In this document: positions 28,263 through 32,000 of the stretch, one piece after another | How the letters are laid out: each line of letters opens with the position of its first letter | Numbering within the stretch: position 1 is the first letter of the stretch | From: Candidatus Hadarchaeota archaeon | GTDB taxonomy: Archaea; Hadarchaeota; Hadarchaeia; Hadarchaeales; Hadarchaeaceae | Direction: 5' to 3' | Length of the DNA stretch: 32,000 nucleotides | NCBI GenBank assembly: GCA_964514965.1 | Contig: CAZETV010000002.1 | Location: 30,001 to 62,000, forward strand | Made by a program: the position numbers and the translations under genes | Notes under the pieces: model-generated | What the model was told of the DNA's origin: nothing | Databases searched by the model: none | Seen by the model: the letters and a program-made list of their open reading frames with translations, nothing else

Positions 28263-29054
28263 TCACTTCATTTTTTTTCCGCAGCTGGAACAAAATACCG
28301 CGCCGAGCGATACACGTGCGCCACAGTATGGGCAAAATCTCGCTCCTGCTGGTGCTGAAGCAGCGCCAGTTTTTTTAACCAGCGTGCGCCCAAAGAACGC
28401 TTCGCTAACCACATTTCCTTTGATCATGCTCGGGTCTTCCGGGAGTACTTTATTGAGCCAGTACAGACAGGATATTGCTATCAAGTCTATCAAAATCATT
28501 ACCACTGTTCCTGCGTCGCCATTTATGAAAGCGAGAGCAGCGTTAGAAAGTCCATGAAGAACCATTGCTAGGACTAGGAAGGATAAGAACTCTATCTTCA
28601 ATGCGTTTGAAAGGAACCCTCCAGCCGCCGTTCTAAGTGAGCTACGGTCAAAGCTCCGAACTGCGATAACAGCTATTCCTATCCCGACTATTCCAGATAG
28701 AACCATGTGCCCAAAAATCGTCCACACTCTCATGAAAACGTTGGCGCCTTGTATGACGTAGATAACACTTTCCAGAAATCCAAATCCAAGACCGCCCATC
28801 GCTCCGAGAATTATCCCTCTACTTTTTCTCTTCAGGACAATTGGGAACATCATGGCTAAGTAAATCACTCCGAGCACCTTAGTCGGTTCCTCAACTATCG
28901 GTGCAATTATTGTCGAGACTACCCCGGGAGCCGCCCCCGTACCTTTTGCGAGAAGTGTGTTTAATGGCAGCGCAATGATGAAGGCCATTATTATGCCGCC
29001 GAAGATAGCAAAAAGTTCTGGCACCAATGGGCCGAGTTCTCGACCTTTAGGCAT
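28263..29054 (-). CDS. PrsW-family intramembrane metalloprotease with C-terminal zinc ribbon
   Basis: 263 aa; IVEEPTKVLGV, GFGFLESVIYV, GHMVLSG, LHGLSNA, then FCPYCGARVSLGAVFCSSCGKKMK. Confidence 0.85.
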   Translation of the reverse strand: MPKGRELGPLVPELFAIFGGIIMAFIIALPLNTLLAKGTGAAPGVVSTIIAPIVEEPTKVLGVIYLAMMFPIVLKRKSRGIILGAMGGLGFGFLESVIYVIQGANVFMRVWTIFGHMVLSGIVGIGIAVIAVRSFDRSSLRTAAGGFLSNALKIEFLSFLVLAMVLHGLSNAALAFINGDAGTVVMILIDLIAISCLYWLNKVLPEDPSMIKGNVVSEAFFGRTLVKKTGAASAPAGARFCPYCGARVSLGAVFCSSCGKKMK

Positions 29055-29201
29055 TTTTCACCTCTGGCTATAGTACTTTTTTCGGATTTTTAACTCTTTG
29101 GTTGGAGGGTAAAGAACTAAAAATAACAACATTTTTTTCATGATTTAGTTCAAGTTGAAACTTCAAAAAATCCTTAAGTCAGAAACCCGTTAAAATCGTT
29201 C

Positions 29202-30227
29202 ATGCGCGTTGCGATGTACTACGGCAACAAGAATGTGCGTTTAGAAGAGCTACCAAAACCAAAGATAGCCCCTGGAGAATTGTTATTAAAAGTAATGGCA
29301 AGCGGCATCTGTGGCAGCGATGTGCTGGAATGGTATCGCATCAAAAAAGCTCCCCTGGTGCTGGGTCACGAAGCCACTGGTGAGATAGTTGAAGTCGGGG
29401 ATGGAGTAAAACGTTACAAAATAGGCGATCGAGTCTTTGTTTCTCATCACGTTCCATGCGGCACATGTCGTTACTGCTTGGGTGGCCACCACACCGCCTG
29501 TGAAACCTTACACAAAACGAATTATGACCCGGGTGGGTTTGCCGAGTACATACGTGTGCCAAGCATAAACGTAGAACGCGGTATTTACCTCTTGCCCGAG
29601 AATTTATCGTTCGAAGACGGGACTTTTATCGAGCCGTTAGGATGTGTTGTGCGCGGGCAAAGGTTAGCGCGCATTCAAAAGGGCAATACAGTACTCATCC
29701 TTGGAAGTGGTATTTCTGGACTACTCCATCTGCAACTTGCCGGCGCGCGTGGAGCAGAGCGGATAATTGCGACAGACATAAATGAATATCGTTTGAATGC
29801 CGCAAAAAAATTTGGAGCAGATGCTGTGATAAACGCCAAAGACGATGTACCCGCAAGGCTGCGCCAACTTAACGAAGGTAGGCTTGCAGATCGAGTGATA
29901 GTTTGCGCGGGAGCCAAATCAGCGAGTAAACAAGCATTAGAATGTGTGAATCGTGGAGGCACTGTTCTATTCTTTGCGGTGCCGGAGCCGGGTGTTGACA
30001 TTTCTGTTCCGATTACCGACTTCTGGCGTGACGAGGTAACACTAATGACTTCATACGGCGCGGGGCCCGGGGATATCAAAGACGCACTGAAACTGATTAG
30101 CGAGCATAAGGCGAATATTCACGAGATGATCACCCACCGGTTAAGTTTGGGTGAAGCGGGTCTGGGCTTCAAGCTTGTCGCCGACGCGGGAGAATCTCTG
30201 AAAGTGATCATCGAGCCGCAGAGATGA
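29202..30227 (+). CDS. Zinc-dependent alcohol/polyol dehydrogenase (MDR family)
   Basis: 341 aa; GICGSDVLEW, GHEATGEIVEVGDGV, CGTCRYCLGGHHTAC, VLILGSGISGLLHLQLA. Confidence 0.92.
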   Translation: MRVAMYYGNKNVRLEELPKPKIAPGELLLKVMASGICGSDVLEWYRIKKAPLVLGHEATGEIVEVGDGVKRYKIGDRVFVSHHVPCGTCRYCLGGHHTACETLHKTNYDPGGFAEYIRVPSINVERGIYLLPENLSFEDGTFIEPLGCVVRGQRLARIQKGNTVLILGSGISGLLHLQLAGARGAERIIATDINEYRLNAAKKFGADAVINAKDDVPARLRQLNEGRLADRVIVCAGAKSASKQALECVNRGGTVLFFAVPEPGVDISVPITDFWRDEVTLMTSYGAGPGDIKDALKLISEHKANIHEMITHRLSLGEAGLGFKLVADAGESLKVIIEPQR

Positions 30228-30990
30228 TATCGCCCAAGGACTTGCAAACATAGCTGAAATCTGCGCTGGGGTCAAGACCGGGCTTGTATTCTAGGCACGT
30301 TAGCCCTTTGAATTTCTCCCGAATAATTTTCAGAACTGGGGCAAAGTTTATGGACCCCTGTCCTAGAGGTCTCGAGTTGGTATCACGTAGCTGAAGTTCT
30401 GATATTTTCACGAGGTATTCATTTACAACTCCTACGACATCTTCCCCATTGCTGTGAATGTGCATGGTATCTGCCATCAGTCGTACGTGCTCCGAACCCA
30501 CATCTTGAACTAGCCGATAGATTTCAGACACGCTTGGGAGAAAAGTGGTCCTCTCCCTGCCTAATGGTTCGATGGAGGTCAGGATGTTAAATTCCTCGCT
30601 GAGCTTGCCAAAATGTTTGAATAGTTCAACGCATCTTTCCCTCGGATTTTCGATTCTCGGTTCTTCGTAGGTGATGGTGGTCACAACATTCTGTGCCCCA
30701 ACTTTAGAGGCTATTTTTATTGTTTCTTCCACATGGCGTATAGCGAGTTTCTGATCCTTTTCTTTCGCACTTAGCATTCGTAGGTCATGTAGCAGAAATG
30801 CTTGGACAGACATGATGGGAGTTTTAAAATTCGGCAATATTTCTAAAACACTCTTTAATCGCTTTTCATCAAAACCGTCGTTGACCAATTCCAACCACAT
30901 TTTACGCGATTCTAATATTCTCAATTTATCTTCTAATGTGTCTCCAGGAACCACGAATTCAACACATCCCCAAGTCACACGTCTCACCAT
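30208..30990 (-). CDS. Sugar phosphate isomerase/epimerase-like TIM barrel protein (AP endonuclease 2 family)
   Basis: 260 aa; SIEPLGRERTTFLPSVSEIYRLV, LMADTMHIH, ISELQLRDTNSRPLGQGSINFAPVLKIIRE, LEYKP. Confidence 0.85.
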   Translation of the reverse strand: MVRRVTWGCVEFVVPGDTLEDKLRILESRKMWLELVNDGFDEKRLKSVLEILPNFKTPIMSVQAFLLHDLRMLSAKEKDQKLAIRHVEETIKIASKVGAQNVVTTITYEEPRIENPRERCVELFKHFGKLSEEFNILTSIEPLGRERTTFLPSVSEIYRLVQDVGSEHVRLMADTMHIHSNGEDVVGVVNEYLVKISELQLRDTNSRPLGQGSINFAPVLKIIREKFKGLTCLEYKPGLDPSADFSYVCKSLGDIISAAR

Positions 30991-31066
30991 TACGAATAGT
31001 GTGCCTAAGTTATAATTTGGTTAAAATTTATAAGTAGATTGATAATTTTCAGGGGGGTAAGTCAAG

Positions 31067-31735
31067 ATGGTTCTTAAAATAAGCAAGGGTCTGGTGGAGC
31101 GCTTCCCCGGGCTGCAAGTTTTGGTTGTGCATGTTAACGGGGCAAGGGTTGAAAAAGAAAAAGTCGAGTTGCAGCAGTTCAAAGAAGAGGTAGTTGAAGA
31201 GATGAAGCAGACATACGACCTTGCAACGGTAAAAGATGTTCCAATTTTCAGGGCGTACAGGGACTTCTTTTGGCGCATCGGCATCGACCCAACGAAAAAC
31301 AGACCCGCAGCTGAGGCGCTCATCCGAAGAGTTCTGGCCGGAAAGCCGTTACCCAACATAAACACGCTCGTTGATGCGTATAATTTAGCCTCGATCAAAA
31401 CATGCATCGCGATAGGCGCATTTGACGCGAGCCGCATCCGTGGGAACCTTGCGCTACGGCTGGCGCGCAAGGGTGAGGAATTTACAGGTATAGGTATGGA
31501 AAAACCAATGGTGCTTGATGGCAAAGAAGCGGTAGTGTCAGATTCAGAGAAGTTAATCGCGGTCTACCCATATCGAGATGCCGATGATACAAAGGTGACC
31601 TTATTGACGAGAGACGTTCTTCTGCTCATCTGTGGGGCTCCGAGGATATATGAAGAGGTACTGAAAAACGCTGGGCGAACCACAGTCGGCTATATAACAA
31701 GATTTTGTGGTGGTGAAGGGGGAACTGAAACTTGA
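31067..31735 (+). CDS. Stand-alone B3/B4 tRNA-binding domain protein (PheRS beta B3/B4-like)
   Basis: 222 aa; FRAYRDFFWRIGIDPTKNRPAAEALIRRVLAGKPLPNINTLVDAYNLASIKTCIAIGAFD. Confidence 0.88.
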   Translation: MVLKISKGLVERFPGLQVLVVHVNGARVEKEKVELQQFKEEVVEEMKQTYDLATVKDVPIFRAYRDFFWRIGIDPTKNRPAAEALIRRVLAGKPLPNINTLVDAYNLASIKTCIAIGAFDASRIRGNLALRLARKGEEFTGIGMEKPMVLDGKEAVVSDSEKLIAVYPYRDADDTKVTLLTRDVLLLICGAPRIYEEVLKNAGRTTVGYITRFCGGEGGTET

Positions 31736-32000
31736 AGCGAGATTTCAAGGCGGTGCTATTCGATTTAGATGAAACTCTCACAGATTCGTCCACTGGCTTG
31801 GACGCAACACATCGCGCGGTGGCGAAGAGTTTGCACAATTACCTCCGTCAACACGGGATCGAGGTGAACGAAACCACCCTGCGTTCGAAGCTCAACATAT
31901 TCGACGACAAAATGAATATCGAAACGAAATACGACAGGGACGAGTGGTGGCCAGAGCTACTCGCCGAACTCGGGTTGAAGCAAGAGGTGCCCCGCCAGAT
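31732..32000 (+). CDS. HAD-superfamily hydrolase, partial at window edge
   Basis: TTG start overlapping the previous stop (cTTGA); LKRDFKAVLFDLDETLTDSSTGLDATHRAVAKSLHNYLRQHG. Absent from the ORF track because it is partial. Confidence 0.85.
   Translation, partial: MKRDFKAVLFDLDETLTDSSTGLDATHRAVAKSLHNYLRQHGIEVNETTLRSKLNIFDDKMNIETKYDRDEWWPELLAELGLKQEVPRQ

Noticed and set aside
1-32000. CRISPR arrays, transposons, integrases, rRNA, inteins and tRNA introns
   Set aside because: None seen by eye: no regularly spaced repeats, no transposase/integrase motifs, and all recognised genes are intact or simply partial at the window edges except for the A24 start anomaly.

Overview
Archaeal chromosomal segment, mostly housekeeping genes and densely packed. 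Minus strand from about 5950 to 1: cimA - aIF1A - rio1 - KH protein (Pno1/Krr1-like) - top6B - top6A (partial at the window edge). Plus strand: leuA divergent from cimA, an AbrB/PhoU-domain regulator, a tight trpE-D-C-F-B-A operon that lacks trpG, and AMP phosphorylase. After that come a thermosome subunit (-), an A24 prepilin/preflagellin peptidase whose conserved N-terminus lies upstream of any standard start codon, a possible Cas2-like small ORF next to an orphan ORF, a GIY-YIG protein, two membrane proteins, tRNA-Gly(TCC) with encoded CCA, a PadR/ABC-2 efflux module, an LsrF/DhnA-type aldolase, glutaredoxin + thioredoxin reductase, an MGMT/ATL-like protein, a zinc-ribbon membrane protein + PrsW-family protease pair, a zinc-type dehydrogenase convergent with a TIM-barrel isomerase/epimerase, a B3/B4-domain protein and a partial HAD hydrolase. 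I see no CRISPR array, transposon, prophage or obvious new defence system. The best leads are: the missing trpG together with substitutions in usually invariant TrpE motifs; the A24 peptidase start/frameshift anomaly; the thioredoxin reductase lacking the HRRxxxR NADPH motif; the Cas2-like/orphan pair; the PadR operator-like dyad; and the MGMT-like protein without the PCHR active site. All product calls come from reading motifs by eye; no database search was run.
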